Both the position numbers and the translations under genes were made by a program. DNA of 63,255 nucleotides, the filler included, from Stramenopiles sp. TOSAG23-2 (Eukaryota): assembly GCA_900128395.1 (NCBI GenBank). It is 3 parts of 3 records of this genome, joined end to end, with 100 filler letters (N's around TTAATTAATTAA, not from the genome) between each part and the next. Parts side by side here need not be neighbours in the genome. Positions count along the whole stretch, not along the records: positions 1 to 30,767 come from LT649379.1; 2 more parts are not named here. One strand, 5' to 3'. How positions within the stretch are numbered: position 1 is the first letter of the stretch; each line of letters begins with the position of its first letter. Shown piece after piece: positions 1 through 10,906 of the stretch. A model generated the notes under the pieces. It ran no database searches. It was not told the origin of the DNA and saw only the letters and a list, made by a program, of their open reading frames with translations.

Positions 1-342
1 ATTTTTTGGGCTCTAACCCTAAACTAACCCGATCCTGAAAATCACATATCGGTGTCAAGCTCGGCTTATATTTGATGTATGGACAGGAGAACGGTCGGGA
101 ATTGTTCAGGTGATCAGTATACGACTTTTAGGTGTTGGTTTCAGCTTTGTATATAATGGGAAAGTGTAGAAATGGCATTCGTGTGAGTGTATGTTGGTGC
201 TGAAAAATAGAGTGAGAGGTCCCGTCATGTACGGGTATGACCCCGCAGTGCTGAGTAGTGCTAGCATCTCTAACCCTAACGTAAATGATCAAAATGCACG
301 ATATTTTTAGTAAGCAAGGTTCTAACTGTAAACTCCCAAGAC

Positions 343-2410
343 CACGACCTACAGATAATCTATATACAATAGGTAACGGATATACAACGTTTCAAAGTCT
401 AATATGAATAACTTCAATGAAAGTTTTCAACCTTTCAGATTTTCACCATTTCGATGGAAAAGTGCTCTAATACTAACTCCATGCTAACATACGATTAAAA
501 TTTTTTTTTCAGGACTTTTCTTTAAAAACACGACCTACAGATATTGTATATGTAATAGGTAACGGATATACAACGTTTCAAAGTCTAATATGAATAACTT
601 CAATGAAAGTTTTCAACCTTTCATGATTTTCACCATTTCCATGCAAAAGTGCTCTAATACTAACTCCATGCTAACGTGCGATTAAAAAAAAAATCTCAGC
701 ACTTTTTGTTAAAAACATAATTATACTTGTAAACTCTCGGAGAAAAGTTAAATATATCACCTACCATATAGAATCTACGATATTTTATCAAAATTTTTTA
801 TGTTGCATGTTCAAAATGAAGATTTCTAGCTCCTGTTAAAATTGTTGTGAATGAAAATCGATTTGGAATTCTAGGCCTTTTTCAAGCATGTGGAAATGCA
901 TTGTAAAATGGGGTATAGTTAATACAATATATCTCAAGTCAATCAAAATATTAATACAAAAGTAGGTTCGATTCTCATTAATACATGTATAGAGCCAAAC
1001 CGAGAAAAGTTAAATATATCACCTACCATATAGAATCTACGATATTTTATCAAAATTTTTTATGTTGCATGTTCAAAATGAAGATTTCTAGCTTCCGTTC
1101 AAATTGTTGTGAATGAAAATCAATCTGGAATTCTAGGCCTTTTTCAGGCATGTGAAAATACATTGCAAAATGGGGTATAATCAATACAATATATCTCAAG
1201 TCGATAAAAATATTAATACAAAAATAGGTTCGATTCTCATTTATACATGTATCGAGCCAAACCTAAGAGTAAGTTGATGACAACTGAGTGTCAGGAACAT
1301 ACTTTTCTAACAACGTTTCAATTGCATGTCAAAGTACCCTTACTATGAAATAGGCTTGTAAAACCTTAATAGGAATTCTAGGCCTTTTTCAGGCATGTGA
1401 AAATACATTGCAAAATGGGGTATAATCGACACAATATATCGCGAGCCAATCAAAATACAAATACAAAAATAGGTTCGATTCTCATTTATACATGTATCAA
1501 GCCAAACTTAAGAGTAAGTTGATGACAACTGAGTGTCAGGAAGATACTTTACTAACGACGTTTCAATTGCATGTTAAAGTACCCTTACTATGGAATAGGC
1601 TTGTAAAACCTTAATAAAAGTGTCCAAAAATGTGCATTTTTTAGTGAAAATTCACTTTGGGTCTAGCGTTTCATGTAAATGTAATATTTATTTTGGTTGG
1701 AGTTTAGAGATACAAGTAATATATATAAAGAAAGGATGCGGAAGTTTATATGAGTTAAAAATGTTTGAAATGATGTTGTGAGACATAATGCAAATTTTAT
1801 ATATCTCATTAAATTTCTCAATTTTCTAGCTATATATATAAAGAAAGGATGTGGTAGTTTATATGACTTCAAAATGTTGGGAATGATGTTTGGAGACGTA
1901 ATGCAAATTTGATATATCTGATAAAATTTCTCAATTTTTGTACCCACTTTGGCGGAAGTTCTCAAATTGAAAATAAAATTGGCAAAAATATTCGTGTTTG
2001 AGGTGTTATAGAAATGTAGTATAAAGTTGGTAGTCTAATTTACATAATTTTGGCAATATACTTAAAACTTAAGTATGGAGATTTTTTGTTAATTGATATT
2101 GTCGTGAAAATGGTCCCTATGAAGTTTTTTTGAATTAGTGCTGTGTCTATAATAATAATTAGCATAGATACAGCACTTGCAACAAAAAGTTTATGTATTA
2201 TTGAAAATAAAATTGGCAAAAATATTCGTGTTTGAGGTGTTATAGAAATGTAGTATAAATTTGGTAGTCTAATTTACATATTTTTGTTAGAGTACTTAAA
2301 ACTGTAGTATGGAGATTTTTTGTCAATTGATATTGTCATATTAATTTTCCCCTATAAAGTGTTTTTAACATATGGAAATAGCATTATAAAATTAGCATGG
2401 ACACAGGCCT
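343..2410. repeat. Patchwork of diverged tandem direct duplications (periods about 186, 262, 245, 113 and 234 bp)
   Basis: Copies start at 343/529, 740/1002, 1127/1372, 1721/1834 and 1967/2201. Copies differ by substitutions and indels. No credible ORF in the region. Confidence 0.85.
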
Positions 2411-3294
2411 TTCAACATTTTACTATTGAAAATTGTGTTTTTCTGCCACATTTTCTGTTTTTCATTTCCTATCATATTTATACTTAATATAGTCCTTTTC
2501 ATATACTCAGTAGATTTGTAGTGTTTGATATATTTGATAGGATATATTAGGTATTTTTTGTACTTGAGGTGCAAAAATATTTGCCGATCGTATCATTAAT
2601 TTGCACATTTTCAGCCGTGGGTGGAAATTTTTATGTTGAACTTCTTCTAGAAAAAGTTTTGTTAATATTGAACATTTATTATAAATGAAATAAATACATG
2701 TATGTTGAATGTGGAAGTCCTGAAAGTAACAACATAAATAAATTATATGCATATAATAATAATAATAATAATATACGAAAAGTAAATTAGAAAGATGGAT
2801 TTACCCAGATACATACGAGTTGCAGAAAGAGCTAACTTAATAGAAAAAAATGACTTAATAAACCAACCTGAAAATTCCCCTCCTCTCTCAAAAAAAGTTG
2901 TACATGTCCTCCAATATTTTCCCAAAAAGGTCACAGAAATGGGAATATGGTGGAACACATTTTATATCTTATTATTTTTTTTTTGTTATTTTTCGCGAGG
3001 AGAACCGCATAATTTTAGATATTTTTTTCCTGTTGCTTGGTTCCTTCAAGTATGTTTTGGTGGATGGTGTGTCGTCATAAGTTTGGTTGTGTGTATCCCG
3101 CTTTTTTTTTTGTTCATGTATCTACTAACTGCTTATGTGGCGGGGAGAGCGATTAGTCGCATTCTTTGAATGTATTTGTCTAGCTTTGATTCAGCAGAAC
3201 AATTGCGATAACGTATATGGACACTCCGATTTCGGTTAAAAAACGTATTGAAGTAATAAACCATTACTAAGACTCACGTCTTCATTACATTACC

Positions 3295-3555
3295 ATGAGT
3301 TCCAGTGGATTTAAAGTTCAAGTTTTAAGAGCACCACGTAAAAATGCAGACGGTGCATCGGCTAAAAAAAAATCAACAGCTAAAAAAAAATCTGCATTAA
3401 AGAAAAGAAAAGATCCTCCAGCTCGTCGTGTTACAGCAACGAAAGCTAAAAGAAATTATTTAGAGATGAAGAAACGTCATAAGAAAGGTTTAAATAAACT
3501 CAAACATTGGAGCCTGTGTTTCTTCTCATTACAAGTCAAGTATTGTGCTTTGTAA
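3295..3555 (+). CDS. Small Lys/Arg-rich hypothetical protein (C-terminus uncertain)
   Basis: ATG-initiated 86-aa ORF with coding-like composition in an AT-rich background. Very basic; no family recognised. Confidence 0.45.
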   Translation: MSSSGFKVQVLRAPRKNADGASAKKKSTAKKKSALKKRKDPPARRVTATKAKRNYLEMKKRHKKGLNKLKHWSLCFFSLQVKYCAL

Positions 3556-3648
3556 AATATACGAGAGATGTTAAAAAGCTCTAAAATTATAAAATATTCT
3601 TTTTTTTTGATGAAAATAATACGTATAATTTAAAATATATTTCATTTT

Positions 3649-5018
3649 TTACTTTTTTACAAAAAAGGAGTCATTATATAAACGTAACGAATCAAGATAT
3701 CTTCCAATAACTACAATCCTAGATATACGTTCTTCTTCTTTTCTCCACATACCCTCTGTTTCATCATCCAATGGTTCACATTCAAATAAATCATTTACTG
3801 CTTGTAAAATGAATCAAGATATCTTCCAATAACTACAATCCTAGATATACGTTCTTCTTCTTTTCTCCACATACCCTCTGTTTCATCATCCAATGGTTCA
3901 CATTCAAATAAATCATTTACTGCTTGTAAAATATATTTTTTATCATCATTTACAACTGATATAATACCTTTCATTCTAAATATTTGTGGTGTTGGTTTTG
4001 AACCATTCGTATCGTTATCTGTTGATGTCATCTTCTTATCTTCTTCATTTTCCTCCTCCTCATCGTCCGGTTCAATCCAAATAATTTCACCTAACCATTG
4101 ATTAAATGTTGGAAGATCTACAGGTATTTTTGATATTAATGTAATGGTAGTTACATTTGAATGTTTTACATGAGAGTTATTATTATCATGGTGATGATGT
4201 TCATGATGCTCTTCTTCGCCATGATGATGATGATGTTCATGCTCATCATGTTTATGATGGTCATGTTCTTCATTATCATACGTAAGATTCAATGCATCTT
4301 CTTTCACTTGTTTTGCATGAAATGCTTTTACATTCAATATTAAATCTAAATCAATTTCCGATTTTGTTGTTTTGTAGATATTTGCTACATTATTAATTTG
4401 TTTGATTTCTGAGATAACATTTGTAATTTCTTTCGCATCAGTTACTAAATCCATTTTATTTAACATTAAAATATCAGCATATGCTATTTGTAATGTAGCT
4501 TCATTACATGCTTTACCACTTTTCTTCGCCTTCTCTGATATGCGTCTTAATATATTTTTCGAATCAACAATAGTAATAACACCATCAAGATGCATTTGAC
4601 TCTCCAATTCATCATCTAACCAAAACGTACTTGCTAGTGGTCCAGGATTAGCCATTCCAGTTGTTTCAATTAAAATATAATCAAATTTATCTTTACGCTC
4701 TAATAAACGTTCTAATGTATTTACAAGATCATCCTTCACAGAACAACATATACAACCATTTCCTAGCGAAAAAAACTCATCAAACCATTCACCATTAGCA
4801 CCATCTTTTGCTATTAAACTTTCGACACCAATCTCATCACCAAATTCATTTTCTATAACAGCGATACGTTTCCCATGTTTTGCTGTTAATATATAATTTA
4901 AAAGTGTGGTTTTACCACTACCTAAAAAACCAGTAACAATGGTAATTGGAACGGATGATTTTTTTTTTTGTACCATCGTCGCCGTCGCATTTTCATTGAC
5001 ATCCTTTACAATCTCCAT
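3649..5018 (-). CDS. ZNG1: COG0523/CobW-family (ZNG1/CBWD-like) zinc metallochaperone GTPase; 3' end disrupted by a 122-bp tandem duplication
   Basis: GFLGSGKTT Walker A, ENEFG, GCICC metal motif, ETTG, NKMD, His-rich linker and CobW_C (RMKG...LQAV...VVIGR). As assembled the ORF stops at 3795; removing one duplicate copy gives ...GRYLDSLRLYNDSFFVKK* ending at 3649. Confidence 0.92.
3689..3932. repeat. Exact 122-bp tandem duplication (3689-3810 / 3811-3932)
   Basis: Direct comparison: both copies run gaatcaagatatc...cttgtaaaat. Confidence 0.95.
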
Positions 5019-5471
5019 ATTATTATTTTATTACGCAGTAGTATACTTCAACTGATTTATATATAAGAATATACTATAGCAATGTTTCATTTATATATCG
5101 TATACATATATATATATATATCTTCCTCGTACAGTCTATAACAAAATGAAATTCACATTATTTATTATTTTATTTTTATTTTTATTTATTATAATAAATA
5201 ATTTTTTATAATCGGAGGGTATTTAATTAGTGCTATGGACCTGCTATTAATATTAATATTTTTTAGTCACCCGCGCCGGTACTTCTTACTGTACTCATCT
5301 CCATTCATCAATCAATTTTAATAAATAATAATAAAATTATACGGAGAGTAAATTTCATATCCTTCTATGTATATATATATTTTTGTATAAATTATAAATA
5401 AGATTGTGAATTAGAAATATCTGATAGAGAGAAGGAGAAGAAGCACAAGGAAAAAAATATATCAACATACG

Positions 5472-6728
5472 ATGGCAACCGTGACGACGCAACGGATCAA
5501 TAAAACCATGTTGAAAAAAATTATTTATTTAAATTTTGATTTAAATCGCACCGTATTAATGTCAGATGCAGCAGGTGGACGAAGTATGGATGATACTGTT
5601 AATTATTTATTATCAGAAATATCTTATGGCAAAGTGGAGAAGAACGACGAAAATACTGCACGATGGATTGCAACTGGTGAAGCAAAACCATATCCAGGTA
5701 ATGAGGTCCCAGATGATCGCACATTAATAACGTATAAAGCATTTGGTGATAATTTATATAAATATAAAACTAGTGGAAGTGTGGAAGATGTTGCACATAA
5801 TAAAACGATGAAAAAACATCGTAAAAAATTACAAAGTTCATTTACAAATGAAAATAACCCAGGTGAAAAATTTCGGCCCTATTTAGTACAAGTAATGAAT
5901 GCATTAGAGATGAAAGATGAAGCGACGAAAACATTGGCAAAAAATGCTGCAAAGACAATTGAACCTGGTTTATTAAAAGAATTTTGGGAAGATGGGAAAT
6001 ATTTTTTATTACCATCATTTTTAAATTTATTAATATATTTGCAATCAGATCCAGCATTACTTGCAAACGTTCGTATTATATATCGTACATTTGGATCAGA
6101 TTTAGAAGAAGTCGCAAAAGAATTAGATGTATTTCATCAAGGTAAACATCCATTATATCCAGGTATTAAATTAAATGATAAATTATTATTAAAAGAGCCA
6201 TATGGTGTTTTTTTCCGTAATAGTGATCAAAGTGATGGAACATCATTAATTGTAGGTACGATTGATAAAGCACCAAAAGATTGTACGGATTTAAAAGGTT
6301 TTTATGATACAAGTAAAATCCAAATTGAAAACGGATTCCAAAATTGTAGCAATACTATCACTGCAATGCTCTTAAATAATAATAATAATCAAGACAATCA
6401 ACAAACGCTTGGATTACGTGATTATTGGGAATGGTGGCATGCACATGGTGAAAGTGATGATTCTGGAAAAATATTAATTCTCGATAGTACTAAAATAGAT
6501 GCTGAACATCATTGTTTCATTGATGATCATGTCGAAGCTGATCATGCTCATATTGTAGATGTACGAGATGGAGCAACTGGTTCAAAAATACCATTTGAAA
6601 AATCAATCAATGCAAATATTTTCCGTTCAGAACCGTTTTTAGCTATTACGGATAATAATTATTTTATAAATATGTTTGAAAATATTGTTACCATTAGTAA
6701 TAAGGATGAAGAAGGATCAAATTTGTAA
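5472..6728 (+). CDS. Conserved hypothetical protein, HAD-superfamily-like
   Basis: 418-aa ORF. N-terminal hydrophobic strand followed by FDLNRT (DxD/NxT-like), a YRTFG motif and C-terminal FIDD resemble HAD motifs I, II and IV. Confidence 0.7.
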   Translation: MATVTTQRINKTMLKKIIYLNFDLNRTVLMSDAAGGRSMDDTVNYLLSEISYGKVEKNDENTARWIATGEAKPYPGNEVPDDRTLITYKAFGDNLYKYKTSGSVEDVAHNKTMKKHRKKLQSSFTNENNPGEKFRPYLVQVMNALEMKDEATKTLAKNAAKTIEPGLLKEFWEDGKYFLLPSFLNLLIYLQSDPALLANVRIIYRTFGSDLEEVAKELDVFHQGKHPLYPGIKLNDKLLLKEPYGVFFRNSDQSDGTSLIVGTIDKAPKDCTDLKGFYDTSKIQIENGFQNCSNTITAMLLNNNNNQDNQQTLGLRDYWEWWHAHGESDDSGKILILDSTKIDAEHHCFIDDHVEADHAHIVDVRDGATGSKIPFEKSINANIFRSEPFLAITDNNYFINMFENIVTISNKDEEGSNL

Positions 6729-6970
6729 CAATGCATATTAATAATAATAAAAATATTATGATACTGTATATATGTGAATGAATAATAATAATTATAATTA
6801 TGGAAATACCACGTATATTACAAGGCCTCGTATAATACAATGTAAAAAGATGAGTATTTTTTAATACGATACGAGTATATTTTTTGTTTATAAAAATGAT
6901 AATCGTCTATATGTGCACTCTAATACACGCATATAATATAATGTTTTAGCGCCTGCAAAAAATGTAGTTT

Positions 6971-7441
6971 TTAATTCAAAACAATCATTTCGCAAACAGT
7001 TTTGTTTATCAAATCTTCAACAACATTTTCAATTTGCATTTTTTCAAATATTTTTTCATATTTTTCAATTGTATCATGAATTTCTTTGTCTTTCATGTCA
7101 ATGGTTTTTGCATCATTCTCACGTAAATGTTTCATCGTATTGATGTCATTTTCATATTCATGTAATAAATCTTTAAAGCTGTTAACATTATTTTGCGTTT
7201 TCTTTTGCATTTTCAAGACATATTCTAACGTTTTGTTGTTATTATTCACCTCCACTTGAAGTTTTCTGTTAATTGCATCTTTTTGTTTAATCTCTTGCAT
7301 TAAATTTTCATTTACTATTATAAAATGATATGAATATAATAATTTCAACTGTAAATATGATATATAAAAAAGCAATAATACCAATAACAATATTGCAACG
7401 ACAGATGTAATCCTAATACTAGTAATAACGTTTTGTTCCAT
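6971..7441 (-). CDS. Hypothetical protein with N-terminal TM helix and coiled coil
   Basis: 156-aa ATG ORF with a hydrophobic segment (VVAILLLVLLLFYI) then an E/K/Q-rich helical region. Confidence 0.6.
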   Translation of the reverse strand: MEQNVITSIRITSVVAILLLVLLLFYISYLQLKLLYSYHFIIVNENLMQEIKQKDAINRKLQVEVNNNNKTLEYVLKMQKKTQNNVNSFKDLLHEYENDINTMKHLRENDAKTIDMKDKEIHDTIEKYEKIFEKMQIENVVEDLINKTVCEMIVLN

Positions 7442-8005
7442 GTAATACGTCTAATGTTTATCTTTTCTTTTCTTACTTTCTATCTATCATGTTTATCGTC
7501 ACATCAATCAATCTATCTATATATATAAATGTGTCAGACGACCTCCAAATGTTTTTTTTTTGGTAGTTTTTGATTTACTCTTGATGTGTAATGAAGAGTA
7601 CCCAATTAAGTATACTAAATTTCCCCATTCAAGTATAATTACCTCCAGGTGGTAGACTGCTCGTATATCACACGTGATAGGGAGATATATAAACTAAACA
7701 AAACGTTAGTAATTTTTATCACATATATTTTATATTAGATTTCCACAACTATATACATGTACATATATAGATTGTACATTTGTAGAAATATTTTAAAGGA
7801 TATAGTAATTTAAAATTAAAAATTGATTAGACATATATTATAACAAGATTTTAAAAAGGTATATTTAGTTTTATTTCGTCTTTGTCTATCTTTTTCTTTT
7901 TTATGTACTAGACGCGTTATAATATTTTTGGCATTTCCCCCTCTTCCTCCTTTTGTATGTATGTAATAATATTTATGATATAAAAAAAAAGATTTAAATC
8001 AAAAG

Positions 8006-9676
8006 ATGAAAATTATTGTGATCATATTATTGGTAATAATAATAACAACATCGTTTTTTCATGTAAAAGCAACAATGTTAAAAGAGAATCAGGATAATGT
8101 TATAAAGATTATATTACAAAATGTAGAGGCAACGTTAGATTTTAGTGTATTATTGGATAATATATTAAGTATGCAAAATAATATTATAATCTTTCAAGGT
8201 ATGAAACCTAAATTTATTCAGGATTTAAAAGCTAATAAAGAATATAAGAACATATATAATATATATCAAGTTGGACAAATTGCTATATTGAATCATAAAG
8301 AGACGATAATATGCGAGAAAACAGTTGCATATCAAACGTTACAAAAATATGATCCTAATCAGCAACAAAACAATAAAATAGAAACATTACTTTCAACAAG
8401 TTGCCAACCATTGGATGTGGTCAATATTAATCGAGTACACAAAAAAATTAATATTTTCACTTTTAATTCGCAACCGTATAATATTACAAAGGCATATTGC
8501 AAATTATTTAGAGGGTTATTAAATAAAGAAAATATAATTGTAGCAGGGAATGTGAGAAACAATATTCAATTACAAAATGAATGTTTTAGAGATAAATTAC
8601 ATTTATTTGATGCATGGGAATTGATGAAAGATAGTGAAGGTAACACATTTGATATCGAAAATAATGACGTCGCAAAATATGTTGATGATCAGAATTCAGA
8701 TTATAATTATAATAAGAGACGAGATCGAATATATATTAAAAATTGGAATTATAATATCTTTTATATTGAAATTTTTAGCGGTAAACGGCGTCGAAAATTT
8801 ATAAAAAATGTAAAATATTATCAAAGTGCAGATTATGGATTGTTGATTGGTATTGGTGGATTACGCAAAAATATTAAAACGCAAAATCTCAAGTCATTTT
8901 GCCAAGTGCAAAAAGAAATCACAAATGCACAAAAAGAGTTACTTTGGTTGGAAGAATTTATAATCAACAATACAACATTTTTTTATGATAATGATGATGA
9001 TAATAAATTTAAAAAACAATTACCAGCATTAAAGTCATCATTCAATTTGATAAAACAATTCAAAAGCCTCTCGTTCAATTTGATAAAACATATGCAAAAA
9101 TATATTCAATATTTTAGTACTAAAAATAAGAAAGAAGATATTACTAGGGAAATGTTACATAATAGAAAGATAAAAAGCAGAAATCCATCATTACAATTAC
9201 ATGACCCAACAAGTCTCGAAGCAATTTTTGATAATAATAATAATAATAATCAGAATAATGATGTGAAAACAAGTAATCGTGATGTTCATGACAAAATAAA
9301 TACGAATCGCAACAATGATAATGATGAAAATAATGATGGTAGTATGAAAAAATTGAAGATGAAAGATCCAACAAATTTAAATGCATTATTTAATGATGAT
9401 GATAACCAAGACATTTCTTCAAAAAATGATGTGAAGAAGGATAAACAATCACAAAGAAGTACCATCAACGTCGGTAGTACAAACACAATCGTTGATAAAA
9501 GTGACAATGATGATCCGTTGATGGATAAAACTTTGAAAACATTACAAAAGCTTCGTCATAAAATATTATTAAAAAGAAACAAGAAGAAATTATTTGATAA
9601 TCAATATAATCCATTAAAGGTGAATTGGAACAAAAAACGAGATGATGAAGCTTTGAAAGCTTTAATCCGAGTATAA
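8006..9676 (+). CDS. Secreted protein with a degenerate endonuclease/exonuclease/phosphatase (EEP, TDP2-like) domain and Asn/Asp-rich tail
   Basis: Signal-peptide-like N-terminus. EEP-like motifs appear in order: IIFQG, IIVAGNVRN, LFDAW, GNTFD, RRDRIY, SADYGL. Confidence 0.65.
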   Translation: MKIIVIILLVIIITTSFFHVKATMLKENQDNVIKIILQNVEATLDFSVLLDNILSMQNNIIIFQGMKPKFIQDLKANKEYKNIYNIYQVGQIAILNHKETIICEKTVAYQTLQKYDPNQQQNNKIETLLSTSCQPLDVVNINRVHKKINIFTFNSQPYNITKAYCKLFRGLLNKENIIVAGNVRNNIQLQNECFRDKLHLFDAWELMKDSEGNTFDIENNDVAKYVDDQNSDYNYNKRRDRIYIKNWNYNIFYIEIFSGKRRRKFIKNVKYYQSADYGLLIGIGGLRKNIKTQNLKSFCQVQKEITNAQKELLWLEEFIINNTTFFYDNDDDNKFKKQLPALKSSFNLIKQFKSLSFNLIKHMQKYIQYFSTKNKKEDITREMLHNRKIKSRNPSLQLHDPTSLEAIFDNNNNNNQNNDVKTSNRDVHDKINTNRNNDNDENNDGSMKKLKMKDPTNLNALFNDDDNQDISSKNDVKKDKQSQRSTINVGSTNTIVDKSDNDDPLMDKTLKTLQKLRHKILLKRNKKKLFDNQYNPLKVNWNKKRDDEALKALIRV

Positions 9677-9744
9677 ATGTTTTTGAAGTACTCGTATTAG
9701 TATATATTTCTTTTTATTTTTTTTAAATAATAATTATATAAAAA

Positions 9745-10018
9745 TCATATATTTTTTTTATTGATTTTAATAAATTTATTTTCATGTATTGTTGTTGTCT
9801 CATTCGGTATTATTCCACCATGTTCTTCTTTTGCTAAATCTAAATCTGCTTTCCGTTTAATCATTAAACCTACTGTAATCACACCTTGCACCCCAATCAA
9901 TAATTTCCATTTATGTTTTGCCTATGTTATTGAGTGAACGAAATAATACGAAAGGTTAGAAAAGATGATTGAAGTAATAAATCAATATAATACTTACCAG
10001 AAATTGTGGAAAACTCAT
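9745..10018 (-). CDS. Two-exon 65-aa single-TM microprotein (exons 10018-9998 and 9921-9745)
   Basis: ATG, then a phase-0 76-nt intron with GTAAGT donor, TCTAAC branch point and TAG acceptor. Spliced product: MSFPQFLAKHKWKLLIGVQGVITVGLMIKRKADLDLAKEEHGGIIPNETTTIHENKFIKINKKNI*. Confidence 0.7.
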
Positions 10019-10906
10019 TTTATTAATAATGCGTCAACAAATATTTATTTATAATATACAATATCTTTCCTTTAATTTACAATTTTTTGCACGTAGATTA
10101 ACTTAATTACTATACCGCTGGTGGTATACACGTATGTATAAAATATCAATTCTTTTACGTCATCTATTTTATACATTGCCTTTCTGACATTGTATACATA
10201 GTTTCAATATATGATTTTCTACATACAGTATTATTAATATATGCCTTGAAAAAAACTTGTTGATAAAAAACCAGAAGAGAGAACCAAGAAAACCAACACG
10301 TCGTTTTCACCTTAACCTTTTGGGTTTTTCTGTTGATGTTTTAGTTTTATTATAGTCTGCGTCGTCAGTCTTTAGTTTTAGTGTATTATACCACAGACCA
10401 CAGTCTTTACTTTTGTAAAACTTCCAAACTTTAACTTGCACGCACGCACGCACAGGGGAAAATTTAGATTACTTATAGCATAGACATATCATTGTAATAG
10501 ATTTGCTTTCTTTCTTGATCCTACAACATCATCATCATCATCATCATCATCATAATTTTTTTTTATCATTAGTCAGTCTTAGTAAAATATATTTATATCT
10601 ATGAATATTGTAAGTTTGGTATTTACAGTCATAATAACAATAGACACAAAAGGAATTAGAATAATTATTCGAAAAGTCACCTCCATTTATCCTATTCATT
10701 GTTAACATAAATTATACATAAAGTATTCTAAATATTATACTGATAAAGGTAGTAGTAGAAAGCAAAAGAATACTGAAACAAGATAAAAATAGATAGCAAT
10801 TAATTAAATGTTTTTAAAGAAAAAAGTAACTATTGATACAATGTATGTCTCTGTTTAATATTGTCGTCAATACAATTAATTGTAATATTCATTACACAGG
10901 TCCAAT

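Noticed and set aside
343-2410. CRISPR array
   Set aside because: Units are over 100 bp, occur in pairs, have no unique spacers and no cas genes; the context is eukaryotic.
1663-3169. Short track ORFs in the AT-rich repeat and intergenic region
   Set aside because: Ile/Phe/Tyr/Lys-biased translations typical of non-coding AT-rich DNA, with no motifs.
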